Shown here: one piece after another, positions 37,801-50,455 of the stretch
Layout of the letters: each line of letters opens with the position of its first letter
Position numbering within the stretch: position 1 is the stretch's first letter
Origin: Octopus vulgaris
Taxonomy: Eukaryota
Length of the DNA stretch: 64,000 bases
Direction: 5' to 3'
Assembly (NCBI GenBank): GCA_951406725.2
Contig: OX597828.1
Span: forward strand, 2,976,001-3,040,000
Program-made: the position numbers and the translations under genes
The notes under the pieces: generated by a model
Seen by the model: the letters and a program-made list of their open reading frames with translations, nothing else
Told to the model about the DNA's origin: nothing
Database searches by the model: none

Positions 37801-40615
37801 GTACAGATCACGAATTTGTGGTCCGTGTCGTCGACTAGGTGGAATTGTGGACACCCTATGCTGTCCTTATCTGGTGGCCTACAAAACACTCTATCTAAGT
37901 ACGATCTAGACGACCCGATGCGATTGGTCCAAGTCCACATTGGCACATTTGGGTTGTCTAGTCGAAACCTGTCGGACAGCTGAAAGCGTCCGAGTAGGTT
38001 GGCGAGGCTCTTGCACCCTCCTCTCCTATCAGATGCTCCCCTGCCCACCTGATCAAAACGTTCGTCTAAGACAGCGTTCCAATCTCCAACTAGCACTAGA
38101 GTGCGTGACGTTCCCAGGAAAACTTCCAGACGTTTGAAATAATCCGACTGCCTTGTTCCTGTCGGAGCGTAGGCAGCCAGCAGTCTGAAAGCACCGCAGT
38201 CACTACCGTCTACGTCAAGGACCACTAACTTACCCTCCGGATCCAGGAAGACTGTCCTTATTTTCAAGTCCAGGCCCTTCCGAAACAACATCGCAGTACC
38301 ACCACCGCCCGCTCCCGGCTGACATGGAGATAGAAAGATCTCGTATCCACCGAAAAGGGCTGCGAGTTCCTGCGGGTCGCAGAGCCTGGTTTCACTAATC
38401 GCTGCTACATCCACATCATGAAACCTCAGGTCGTTTAACAGGTGACCCTGATTCCAAGGTGACCCTAGGCCTCTCGCATTCAAGCGACCGATTCTAAGTT
38501 TTGCCATGTTTCAAAGGTGACAAAAAAATAAAAGGAGAAAAAGGCTCTACTTACTGTTGTTGGTGGTGGGGGTGGCTCCCTTGTGCTTTTGCACGGGTGT
38601 TTCTACAATATTTTTATAAAGTTTCTTTGAGAAACTTCTCCCTAGCGATCCTACATCGTTAGGGAATATCTGTTTTAAGTCACTGTATGTTTTTGGGTTA
38701 ATTTTGATTGTGAGAATGTGTGCTGGTGGTGTGTTGTGTGTAGGTATAATGAAATCTGTAATGTTTGTACTTGTGTTGTCTTTTAGATATGAAACGAGAT
38801 TTTCATTTTTTGTGTTTATGGCTGTAATTGTGTCTGTGTTTGTTGGTGTGTGTGGCAGTGGCAGTAGTGGTGTCGAAAATGTTGTTGTTTGTTGTTGTGA
38901 GTGTGTGTTGTTGTTGGGAAGCACTATTTGTTCGTGCTTCCCCTGTGTCTCTTTTTGCTTTTTCCTCCTCTTCTTCTTCGGAGGCACTGTGTGCCATTCA
39001 CCTTTCTCGGTGTCAGTGCTCGCACAATCCGAGCTGTCCTGATCCGGAAAGGGGATAGCTGTCGGGTCCACTTCAGCAGCAGGGCGAAATATTGTTGGTT
39101 CTGCTGGTAGCGGTGTTGTTGCTGTATCTGTTGGTGATGGTGACGGTGTCTGTGATTCTTCTTCTTTTTTTTGTTGTTTTTCTTGGTGCTGGGGTTGGTG
39201 TTGGTTTGGTGGTTGTTGTTGGAGGTGGTGTCGTTCGTCGTGGTGATGGTGTTGGTGGTGTGGCAGCCTTTGGTGTTTCTTGCTGCTGCTGCTGCCGCCG
39301 CCGCCGCCGCCTCCTCCTCCTCTTGCCGTCTGCCTCCATTTTTTTTTTTGAATGGGGCAGTCCCTCTTTAGGTGGCTTTCGCTGCTGCAGAGGTAACATT
39401 TTGGCTTTCGCCCCTCCACAGTAACGTGCAGCCTGGTTCCATCTGGCAAATTTACCGAGTCAGGTATGGCATTGATGTTTTCCTGCTGGATTTGTACCAG
39501 CAGTTGAACTCCCATACCTGACCAGTTTTTCTCCCTCACTCTTCGTATATCTAGAGTCATAGAGGACAGCCGCCACCAGCCATGATATATTGAGTTCGGG
39601 GGGTACTGTGTCAATTTTTATTTTTTGGACCTTACGCCCAAGATATGATGGGACAAGGAACAAATTTTCATTTTGCAAGGGCGAAATGGCATGCGCCCTT
39701 GCATTCTCCTCTGTTAGGAAGCGAACCTCCACGGTTCCAAAACGCTTCCCTCTGGTGACATAGCTCTTTTTGCCCCATATGGGCTTCAGAGCTATTTCCA
39801 ATTGTTGGGGTGTTGCGTTTATTACTCTTGTTTTTCTTGTCGAAAACCTTGTAATGTATTGTTTTCTTGTTTGTGTCATTTATGAGTTGTTGAGGTGTAT
39901 TGAGGAAAACACTGTTTCCCTCTTTTCTCAACAACTCCTTTGCGCTTTTTATTTGGTCTATTGTAACTTTTACTTCCTCCGAGTTTTCTTTTGTGGCGGA
40001 GACGAAATTGCTATGGTGGCTTGTTGTGTTGTTGCTGGTGGTGGTGTCAGTGTGGCTGCTGGTCATTTTCTTTGCTTCTTTCTCCGGTACTGTTGCACTG
40101 GTGGAAGGAAGAGAAGGAAAATCTTCGTTGACGTCAAAGGTGACGCCATCGTTGTCGCTTTTCTTTGCAACGGTCTTTCTTCCGTCCTTCTCCAGTACTG
40201 GGACACTGGTAGAGGGAAGAGGAGGGAAATCTTCGATGACGTCAAAAGTGATGCCTTCGTTTTCATTTTCATTTGGAACGTTTTGCTTGCCAGCACGTTC
40301 CCTCGAACACTTTTGTTTGCTTTTTAAGGCACGAAATGGGCGGTTTGGAGGGGCTGGTGTTCCAAGAGGGGAACAGCCAACTGTTCTTTTTAATGACATT
40401 TTTTCAATATGTATGTGAATGTAATTTTAAAAAGTCAATATTTCAAACGAAAATTTTACCCCTAATGGGGTAAAATTTTGCCTAGCCAACTAGCTCCGAA
40501 AGAAGTTAGCTTGGCCACACAAATATCCAAAAATATTTACACTTTTAAACAAATTTCCAACAGAAATGATGCAAAACTTACGCAGCTTCTGGAGACACGT
40601 CCGTCCGCTCGAGAA
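34815..40615 (-). mobile_element. Near-full-length Tx1/L1-clade LINE (about 5.8 kb) in MBD2/3 intron 4, antisense
   Basis: ORF1 in three frames (40399-38547) with CCHC knuckle CYLCSSESHLKRDC. ORF2: APE (LNARGL, VLVGDWN, SYLDRVF, TDH) from 38507; RT (SPGLDGLP, LDQSKAFDRVDH, QGCPLS, YADD) and a C-terminal CxxC..H..C to 35093. AATAAA at the 3' end; AAT repeats on both flanks. Confidence 0.95.
35093..38507 (-). pseudogene. Tx1-type ORF2 (APE + RT), disrupted
   Basis: Frameshifts between 37700 and 37200 and an in-frame stop at 37183-37181; the remaining 695 codons are open. Confidence 0.85.
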
Positions 40616-40636
40616 GAAATAATAATAGTAATAAAT

Positions 40637-40640
<4 letters not shown>

Positions 40641-40667
<27 letters not shown>

Positions 40668-41150
40668 TTAGCGTCCGTTTTCCATGCTAGCATGGGTTGG
40701 ACGGTTCAACTGGGGTCTGGGGAGCCCGACGGCTGCACCAGGCCAGTCAGATCTGGCAGTGTTTCTACAGCTGGATGCCCTTCCTAACGCCAACCACTCC
40801 GAGAGTGTAGTGGGTGATTTTATGTGCCACCGACACAGGTGCCAGACGAGGCTGGCGAACGGCCACGCTCGGATGGTGTTTTTATGTGCCACCGACACAG
40901 GTGCCAGACGAGGCTGGCAGACGGCCACGCTCGGATGGTGTTTTTATGTGCCACCGACACAGGTGCCAGATGAGGCTGGCGGACGGCCACGATCGGATGG
41001 TGTTTGTTACGTCCCCAAAGCACGGAGGCCAGTCTATGCGGTACTGGCTACGGCCACGTTCGGATGATTTTCTTGTGTGCCACCGGCACTGGTACCACAA
41101 AGATACAAATTCCATTGATGTTCATCTATTTTGATTTGTTTTGATTTGAT
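40641..41150 (-). mobile_element. RTE-LINE 3' end with an internal 62-bp minisatellite (about 3 copies)
   Basis: (CAT)n plus the family tail; unit tttatgtgccaccgacacaggtgccagacgaggctggc..acggccacgctcggatggtgtt at about 40819, 40881 and 40943. Confidence 0.85.
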
Positions 41151-44100
41151 TTGAGGAATAAATGCATATTTACGTATATTAAATATCAGATAAGATAAAT
41201 CCTTGGTTTATTGAAATTATCTTCCTTTCAAGAGGTAAGTAAGCAACTACCTTGTGGTATTTGTCACCAATTCTGATTGAAAAGGGGAGATAATTCCAAG
41301 AATCAGGAATTCTCTGAAAGTGGTATGTCATTAACGAAAAACAGTTTGATTACCTGGAAACAAGAGGACAGCAGTGGACACATGTTTCTGTCTCAGTAGG
41401 TGTTATCAGCACACCAGTAGTTCTACTCTGACTCCAGCACATGTGAAACTTGCACATATACAAAAAAGAGTAGAAAGCTTTGTTAGGAATAATTTGCAAA
41501 ATTTATGCATATATTTGCTATGAGAAATATTTCAGAGTAGCCAGTGGCATGGCTGGGAACAGCAAATGATGAATAAAGGTATATCAGATACCTTATATGA
41601 TCCATTTTCTTTTTTATTTATTTGAAATTATTTTCCCTTTAAGAGAAATGTAAATGGAATGCCTTGTGGCAATTACGATGGCATGCTGTTTTGGAAAATT
41701 CTTGATTATTGGGATTATTTCTCCTTTTAAATCCACTCACAAGGCTTTGGTTGGCCTGAGACTATAGTAGAAGACACATGCCCAAGGTGCCATGCAGTGA
41801 GACTGAACTGAGAACTATGTGATTTGAAAGCAAACTTCTTACCTCACAACTACACTTTGCATGATATTTGATATATCTTTATTTGTCTTTATTGCCTGTA
41901 TTCAAGCCATTGGCCACTCAGTTTTGTTTATACACACACACACGTACCCACATTCATAACTATGATTAACCCTTTCATTACTATATTTCTGATGTAAAAC
42001 ACCCCTATGAGTTTCAATTAAATTCTAAAATAATCATGAATTTAGACTAGTTTCACTAAACAACTGTAACTTTTTTACTTATCAACATATTAATGTGATA
42101 TTTGGAGCATAATTAAAGAAAGGGTTCTTAATCAATTCTATTGCATAACTTTTGTCTCAAAGTGATTTTAATTACAGGTAAATCCAGGTAAACTGAGCAA
42201 AAGGTAAAAATATTAAAATTTTGTTTAAACATTACCATAGAATATGAATCATCAGCTAATATTTAATTGAGATATGCAACAAAATTTTGATATAGAAGAA
42301 TTGTGCACATCACTAGATTATCAGTAGAATTTAATGCACAACAGAACAGGTGTACCATAAAGGTGGAATAAACTGAAATACTGGAATCCACTGCAAGTTT
42401 GACTGAACTAAAAAAATCGGTCAAAAAATAATATATGGCCCTAGTTATGGTATAGAAGTGATAAATTCCAGACCACATCGTACTCTAGGCCATGCTGACT
42501 AACATTATTTTCCCTGTATAAAAACTAAATCCACAGCAGTACCCAGTATTTGCTTCATAAATTTTCCATACTTTGATCCCCCATTTCGTGGGCTTTTCTG
42601 GCATATACTGTTTGTTTACATTCTGTGTAACAGTTTGTTTATGCAGTGATCACTTCCATAGACCTACCTTATTGAATTCTGTCTGACCCTTGCAAGTGAA
42701 CATTAAAGTAATGATAATGATGGACTCTCTCTGTCTCTCTTTTTTTATTCAATCACTTTGTAGAAGAAAATGGTTGATGGTTATACCAGTTGTATTGAAA
42801 TTCAGTCAGTTAGGCATGGTAGATTGTAAGGAAAGGGAATTTGATGACTTTTAATTAGTCTGTTATCTTTGTGTTAGTGTATTGTTGTGTTTCACCTTCT
42901 CAGAGCATGTATGATTGGTTTTTGACAGCTCATGGTTAGTGCTTTCAGACTCTGTGTGTGTGGGTCAATTCACAAAGTCACGGCTATTTTTAATCAGTTT
43001 TCGATAAATTTTTACAGCAAGGATTGCCATTTCAGATATTTGTTTTGCTTCTGGTGCGATCTTATTCTCTTGCTGGCACTTTTGAAAATTTGTAATGGCA
43101 TGAGGAAGGAAGCCCATCACCCAAGACTTTCTTGCAGAGTCTGAGACTGGTGGAGACATTGAGAGGAAGAAAGCATGGCTTGTAGGTTATCTTTAGATCT
43201 AAAGATTGGTTTAAATGTGTACTACAGACTCCATGGAACCATTAGCATTTAGATTTCTTTGATATGAGGTTGTCATACGTTACCTTGTAGCTTTGAGATT
43301 TCAATGATGTAATTGTTTATTTTTATAATAATATTGTAGAGTATGTGTGAGAAAACAGATTATTTTGGCCAGATATGTTCAGTTTAAATGCTAAAGGGTT
43401 AAATCACCTATGTGCCATATTGTAGTATTAAACATGGCCATGGATTAAGTTTTCTATTCAGATATATGTGATATTTTTTTAAGCAGCTGAAATATAAATT
43501 GTACATTTGTGGTTTGAAAGATATTTGAGAATCTGAGCCTTAGCTATTAAGTTACTTTTCTCTTCAGTGAACTATTTTCATGTTGTTAGTGATTAACCGA
43601 AAGTATTGTTAAAGGTTTCTCTGTCAAATACTTCTGCATGCTTTGTTATTTAACACATGGTAAGTTTGAGTTCATGATCTGATTTAAGAACTTGTGGCAT
43701 TCAGTTGTTGTTCCTATTACTGATGAGACGGGCTTCTAGTTACTTGTTGTGTATCCAGAATACCTCTGTGATTATTTTCTGTTTTTATCTTTCTATAATT
43801 TGTCTTATAATTCTTTCATTTATGTCTTGATAAGTGCGACTGTCCATGGAACATGGCCATTAAATGATGATGATAACTTTTGTTATTACTAATGTTCAAT
43901 TAGTCATGTTTGTTCTACCTTCAAATTAGTCTTTGCTTCACTTAGATCTTTTACTATTTAGGTTGTATAATGTGTTTTTTGCTGTTTATGTGACATTGTA
44001 TAATTTTCATTTAACTTTCCAGACATCCAGTTTTTCTGGTCATAAATGTTGTCAATTGCAGAATCAATCTATTTTTACCTTTTATTTCTTTTAGGCATTC

Positions 44101-44319
44101 ATTGACAATATGCTCCAGAAATTTCTTTCTGTTTTGTTATTTTCTCCATTATTTCCATAATTTCCCAAGTGAGTGTGTATATGCATACATATTGGGGGTT
44201 TCATTTCTCTGTTCCAAAGCTATCTGCAGCTACCTGTCTGCTTTTAATGATGATAAAACAAACATTCTTTCAAGTTAACAAGAATTGACATATTTGAAAT
44301 GTTCTAGCTCTCTTTGTAG

Positions 44320-44471
44320 GTGTTGGGCCTGACTTGACCACTGAAAATATTCTGCAGAGCATTGCCGCAGCTTTACACGTTAGTAACATCCCTGTAACTG
44401 GCCAGAACTCTAGTAAATCAATTCAGAAAAATCCTGGAGTCAACATGGATGCTAACCAACCTAAAATGCAG
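44320..44471 (+). CDS. MBD2/3: MBD2/3 exon 5
   Basis: ctttgtAG acceptor; (G)VGPDLTTENILQSIAAALHVSNIPVTGQNSSKSIQKNPGVNMDANQPKMQ; GTAACC donor. GVGP..ALH..P.TGQ..KNP..QP pattern of MBD_C. Confidence 0.96.
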
Positions 44472-45572
44472 GTAACCAAACCATTTTAATTGTATACATT
44501 GTTTATTACTACTTTCATATAGTGCTATAGAGGTAAGATATATTCAGTTTGTTTACCTTTGAAACTGGCATGAACACTGCCATTTCTCCTTTCCTTATAA
44601 CACTGAATTCTATCTGTATAATAAATTACTACCTTCATATATGATAATACATTACAATATAGTTTGACTTATAGATGTGTATGTATGACTTACCTTTCGA
44701 AGATATCTTATTATGAATTACTGTATATGAGACTAGCTAAGTGTGTTTGTGTGCATGCAGGCATATATATATATATATGTCATCATCACCATTGTTTAAC
44801 ATCTGCCTTCCATGCATGCAAGAGTAGGATGGTTGACAGGAGGTGGCCAGGTAGAAAACTACCCTAGGCTACTGTGTCTGTTTTGGTAGGGTTTGTACAG
44901 TTGGATGCCCTTCCTAACACCAACCACAGAGTATATATGTATATATATACTGCAGAGTGTATATATATATATATATATATATCAAAATAAGGAACAAGGA
45001 TATCCAGAGGTAATGCAGTATGATCGTTTCATGCAATTCATCTTATTTGAACAATGCAATCATTACATCAATCCTCAGCTGCACAAAGACATAGAATTTA
45101 ATTAAATTAAAACAGATGGACACATTAGTATAATTATACCTAAAGTCTCCAAGAAGTTAAGGAGATAGACAAAGAACATGCTGCCTTCACTCCAGCATAG
45201 AAGCTACTAAGGTATCAAGAAGATACACATTGTTACAGACTCTGCCTGTCACTGATTTTTTTTTGTTTTTATGGGGTCAGATTTAATTTAGACTAGTTTT
45301 TCAAATCCTTGTATATCTAAGGCCGAAAGAACAAAGGGGCAGTGTCTGTTAGGGGTAGGGCTGAGGGAGCAGACAGACGTCATAATTGGTATAGTTATAA
45401 AAATCAAGATTTATTATAAGCAATATCATGAGGTTTGGTAAAGGAAAACTTAAAACAAGATGTTAGCTGACAATTAAGTGGGTAGCCCACTAGCAGACCA
45501 TTGATAATGGAACAGTATAAATCTTATCATGTAGTACTATAGTTAAATGCTTTAAACACTGTTGCTAGGGTT

Positions 45573-46220
45573 ATGGATTGTAGTTCCAGTACATATACAG
45601 GCATGGAAACTATTTGTATACCTGATGATGCTGAGGTGATTTTATATGATAATACGATTGAAGTGGAGTTAGAAAATAACAGACATGAACATAACATACT
45701 TGATAGTAGAATTATTAATAGCGAAAATATTAACAATAAATATGAAAATAATAATTTAAATCTTAATAATACTAATATTAATAATAATTCTCCTAGTTGC
45801 AATTGTAGAGTTAAATCCGGCTGTCCATTATTAGGCCGATGTCTTACCCAGAACGTAGTATATAAATGCACAATAATAACTACAACTAATAATTATATTT
45901 ACTTCAGTTGTTCAATTAATTTGAAACAGCGTATATACAATCACATATCGTCCTTTAAACTTAAACATAAGGCAAATTGTACGTCATCCAGTAAGATTTG
46001 GGGATTGAAAGAAAGTGGAATTGGGTTTAGCCTCAAATGGGAAATAATAAGAAAAGCTCAGCCTTATAGAAATAGCAGATATGAGTGTGAGCTGTGCTCT
46101 ATGGAAACATATGAAATTTTAAACATAAAGATAAAGGCAACCTGATTAATAATCGATTAGACCTTAGGTTATCATGTGTACATAATGTCACCCGTACCTT
46201 TAAATATTTTAGAAAGTAGT
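45573..46220 (+). pseudogene. Penelope-type GIY-YIG endonuclease remnant
   Basis: 'CNCRVKSGCPLLGRCLTQNVVYKC..YIYFSCSINLKQRIYNH..F..IWGLK..KWEII..CELCSMETYEI', continuing after a frameshift as 'LINNRLDLRLSCVH'. The YIG motif is degenerate and no RT is attached. Confidence 0.8.
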
Positions 46221-46889
46221 ACTTTATTGATCTTGTGATTTAAAACCTACAATATATCTCTTAGTTTATAATCAGTGCATAGGTGGCATGCCCTACAGCA
46301 TTAATTTTCCTTTAGTTAACACACTCATTATAGATACAAGCTAATTAAGTAAATAAACAATTTTTAGTTTTAAATACTTGAATTATTACACATTTTCTCT
46401 AAATCTTCTCTATTGATGTTACTAAGTTGTATGTATACTTCATCATGAATTTTAGTGATTAAGCTATTTTATATCCTTTTCTATCAAATTCTAACCTACC
46501 CGATCATTTTAATACTTTATAATTGCCTTTAGATAAGCCTAAATTTTTGTACCCCTATAAATTCATACTTAGCTTATAAAAAACAATATGGGTATCTTCA
46601 TGACTTAAAATTAAACTGCCTAAATTATGATTTAACTAATTTATAGTAAATTTGCTCTCATCTTAATGATAAAATTTTCCTGATAACCCTAAATTTTAAC
46701 TTTATACAATATGGATATATTGTTTAAAATAGTTTTAGTAACTAAGTTTTTTATCTCTTTCTTAAAGTGTTCTGTCCTCCTAATTTTGGTATTTATATTG
46801 ACTTTATAGAAGCAGCCCTTCTAATTAAGTACCCCTAAGAAACTGTAATATCATTTATGGATCAACACAAATAACTTTTAAAATCTATA

Positions 46890-47745
46890 TTATCATCATC
46901 ATCATTGTTCGACCGTGGTCGAGACAATGGAATTTACCATGCTACACCAGACTTCACGGTCCATCATGGCATTACGGAGGTCCTGTTGTTGGATGCCTGT
47001 ATCCCTGGAGATTACATCAGGGTAGGAGAGTGTGTGCCCTCTGGCATTGCGAGTAGATAACTTCCAGAGGAGGAGAGTAGAAATTACCTCTTTTTCAGCT
47101 CAACAACAATGTCCAGCAAACTGGACTCTCCTACCTTTCACAAGAGATGACACAGGTGGTAGTTTCCCATATATTTGTATTTTGGTTAGATGGCGCTTCC
47201 ATGAGAGATTTTGAGCTCTCATAAGGAGGCGAGTGTAGGTTCCATCCAACCACCTCTCAAGCTTCTTTGATAACGTCCAGGTTTCTGAGCCATATAGTAG
47301 AATTGGTTCGACTGTGGCTTTGAAGATTTCAAGTTTGAAGTCTCTACTTAGATTTGATGACCAGATCTTATGCATGTCATACCCTTTCTGACCAGGCCAT
47401 ACCCTTTCTAGTTAGAAAATCTTTTCCAGATGATGATATGTATGACCCAAGATATTTGTAATCAGAAACCATATTTAAGGGCACATTGTTGAGAGTATGG
47501 ATGATGCAATCACTGTTGGACAGGCACTTGTTTATATATTCAGTCTTGGCCTCATTGAGGTAAAGACCTACACAATTTGAGGCTTGTTCAAGAGATTGTA
47601 AAAGAGACTGGGCATTGGAGAGAGAATCACTGATAAGAGCGATGTCGTCAGCAAAGTTAGTGTCTGTCAAGTATTTCCGCTGGGTGTCTGGAACTTCTTG
47701 GTTTTATTTCAAAGCCCTTGCCAGAGATGGTATCAACTGACATCT
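46890..47745 (-). mobile_element. RTE-like LINE RT C-terminal fragment nested in the inverted-repeat element
   Basis: 'LTDTNFADDIALISD..YKYLGSYI' and 'FKATVEPILLYGSETWTL..FAGHC'; (GAT)n tail near 46892-46905. Confidence 0.85.
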
Positions 47746-50424
47746 ATATTATACCTCTTAATATTAGAATATAATTAGCATGTCCTTTTAATAACAATTA
47801 TTCTTTTAACCAATACCAGGTTTCAGTCTTGATTATAATAAGCTAAATAAGATAATTAACAATTTTTAGCTCATAATACTTAAATTATTATAGATTTTCT
47901 ATAAATCTTTGCTATTGAAGTTAATAAGGTATGGATATTTTATAATGGTTTTTAGTAATTAGGCTGTCTTTATTCCTTTTCTATGGTGCTCTACCCTAAC
48001 TGATCATTTTATTATTGTTATTATTATTATTTTATAGTAGCCTTAAATAAATCTAATCTTTGTACCACTGTTAATTCATACTCAGCTTATATAAGGTAAT
48101 ACTGGTATCTCCACAACTCAAAATATTTCAATTTAATTAAATCAGTATATAGTTGACATGTTCTTCAACCTCAGTTGCTCCCTTATTAAATACCAGTTAA
48201 ATCCAATTGATCAATCTCCATAGAAACCATATAATAAGTTAATATTTAGATAAATAATAAGAAAAAATATTAAATTATTTCTTTGTAATTTTCTTTTCCT
48301 CCCTCTATTGTAGTAAAATTTGGTATATACTCAAAATATTCAAAGAAGTTTAATCCTTTTGTTATAATATCATTCTAAATAATCTTCTTGATTGCCCTAA
48401 ATGTTAACTTTATACAATAAGACTATATTTTTTGAAATGATCTTTATAAATTACTTGATTTATCCCTTTGTTAAATGGCTCTACCCTCCTGATCTTAGTA
48501 TTTATAAGGGCCTTTAACCCTTCTAAACAAGTACCACTAAGAAAATATAAATATCATGTAGGGAGCAACAATAACTTCTTAAACCTATAATATAACCCTT
48601 AGTTTTTTTAAAAAATTAATGTAAAATATGAATGTCCCATAACTTGAATATTCCTTTAGCTAATACCGGGTATCAGTCTATTATTGATATTAGCTAAATA
48701 AATAAATATATAATTTTTAGTCTAATATATTTTGAATTATTATACATTTTCTATAAATCTTCTCTATTGGTGTTAATATGTACTATATCACGGTTTTAGT
48801 GATTAAGCTATCTTATTTCCTTTTCTATGGTGTTCTGCCATACTTGATTATTTTATTTCTGTATTATTTTATAATTAGCTTTTATTTATTTATAAAATTA
48901 ATCTAATTTTTGTACCTCTATAAATTCATACTTAGCTTATATAAAACTATACTGGTATATTCACTACTTATAAAAAAACTGCTTTTACCTCAATACTCCT
49001 TTATTAATACCAGCATTTACCAATTAATCCATATTCACAGACACCATCTGATGAGTTAGTATTTAAGTGTACAATATGTATAAATATTAAACTATTTCTG
49101 GATAATTTCTTTTCCTCCCTCTATTGTGGTAAAAGTTTGGTGTAAACTCAAAAGTATTCATTAATTTCTATCCTTTTGATATAATATTATTCTTAATAAT
49201 CCTCTGAATAACCCTAAACTTTAACTGTATACAATATAGCAACATTGTTTAAAATATTTAACTATAGTACTACATGATAAGACTTCCCCTGTTCCATTAT
49301 CAATGGTCTGCTAGTGGGCTGCCCCTTTGTACAATTTGCCTTATGTTTAAGTTTAAAGGACGATATGTGATTGTATATACGCTGTTTCAAATTAATTGAA
49401 CAACTGAAGTAAATATAATTATTAGTTGTAGTTATTATTGTGCATTTATATACTACGTTCTGGGTAAGACATCGGCCTAATAATGGACAGCCGGATTTAA
49501 CTCTACAATTGCAACTAGGAGAATTATTATTAATATTAGTATTATTAAGATTTAAATTATTATTTTCATATTTATTGTTAATATTTTCGCTATTAATAAT
49601 TCTACTATCAAGTATGTTATGTTCATGTCTGTTATTTTCTAACTCCACTTCAATCGTATTATCATATAAAATCACCTCAGCATCATCAGGTATACAAATA
49701 GTTTCCATGCCTGTATATGTACTGGAACTACAATCCATAACCCTAGCAACAGTGTTTAAAGCATTTAACTATAGTACTACATGATAAGATTTATACTGTT
49801 CCATTATCAATGGTCTGCTAGTGGGCTACCCACTTAATTGTCAGCTAACATCTTGTTTTAAGTTTTCCTTTACCAAACCTCATGATATTGCTTATAATAA
49901 ATCTTGATTTTTATAACTATACCAATTATGACGTCTGTCTGCTCCCTCAGCCCTACCCCTAACAGACACTGCCCCTTTGTTCTTTCGGCCTTAGATATAC
50001 AAGGATTTGAAAAACTAGTCTAAATTAAATCTGACCCCATAAAAACAAAAAAAAATCAGTGACAGGCAGAGTCTGTAACAATGTGTATCTTCTTGATACC
50101 TTAGTAGCTTCTATGCTGGAGTGAAGGCAGCATGTTCTTTGTCTATCTCCTTAACTTCTTGGAGACTTTAGGTATAATTATACTAATGTGTCCATCTGTT
50201 TTAATTTAATTAAATTCTATGTCTTTGTGCAACTGAGGAATGCTCTGCATTTAAATTGATGAAATGATTGCATTGTTCAAATAAGATGAATTGCATGAAA
50301 CGATCATACTGCATTACCTCTGGATATCCTTGTTGCTCATTTTGATTTTAATCACCTTATTTTGAAATTGTAAGGATAATACCGTACTAAATTCTGGTGT
50401 CTCAACGTAAGTACCATATTCATC

Positions 50425-50455
<31 letters not shown>

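Larger units (their letters stand above)
44981..50346. mobile_element. Penelope-like-derived composite with about 1-kb inverted arms
   Basis: 44981-45982 is the reverse complement of 49329-50346. The arms carry a GIY-YIG fragment; the interior is an AT-rich degenerate tandem array plus a LINE fragment. Confidence 0.85.

Noticed and set aside
40819-41005. 62-bp repeats as a possible CRISPR array
   Set aside because: Head-to-tail units with no unique spacers, inside an RTE 3' UTR, in a eukaryotic intron, with no cas genes.
45573-46145. Intact or domesticated GIY-YIG nuclease gene
   Set aside because: The YIG motif is degenerate, the C-terminus is frameshifted, and the N-terminus is low-complexity Asn-rich; more likely a remnant.
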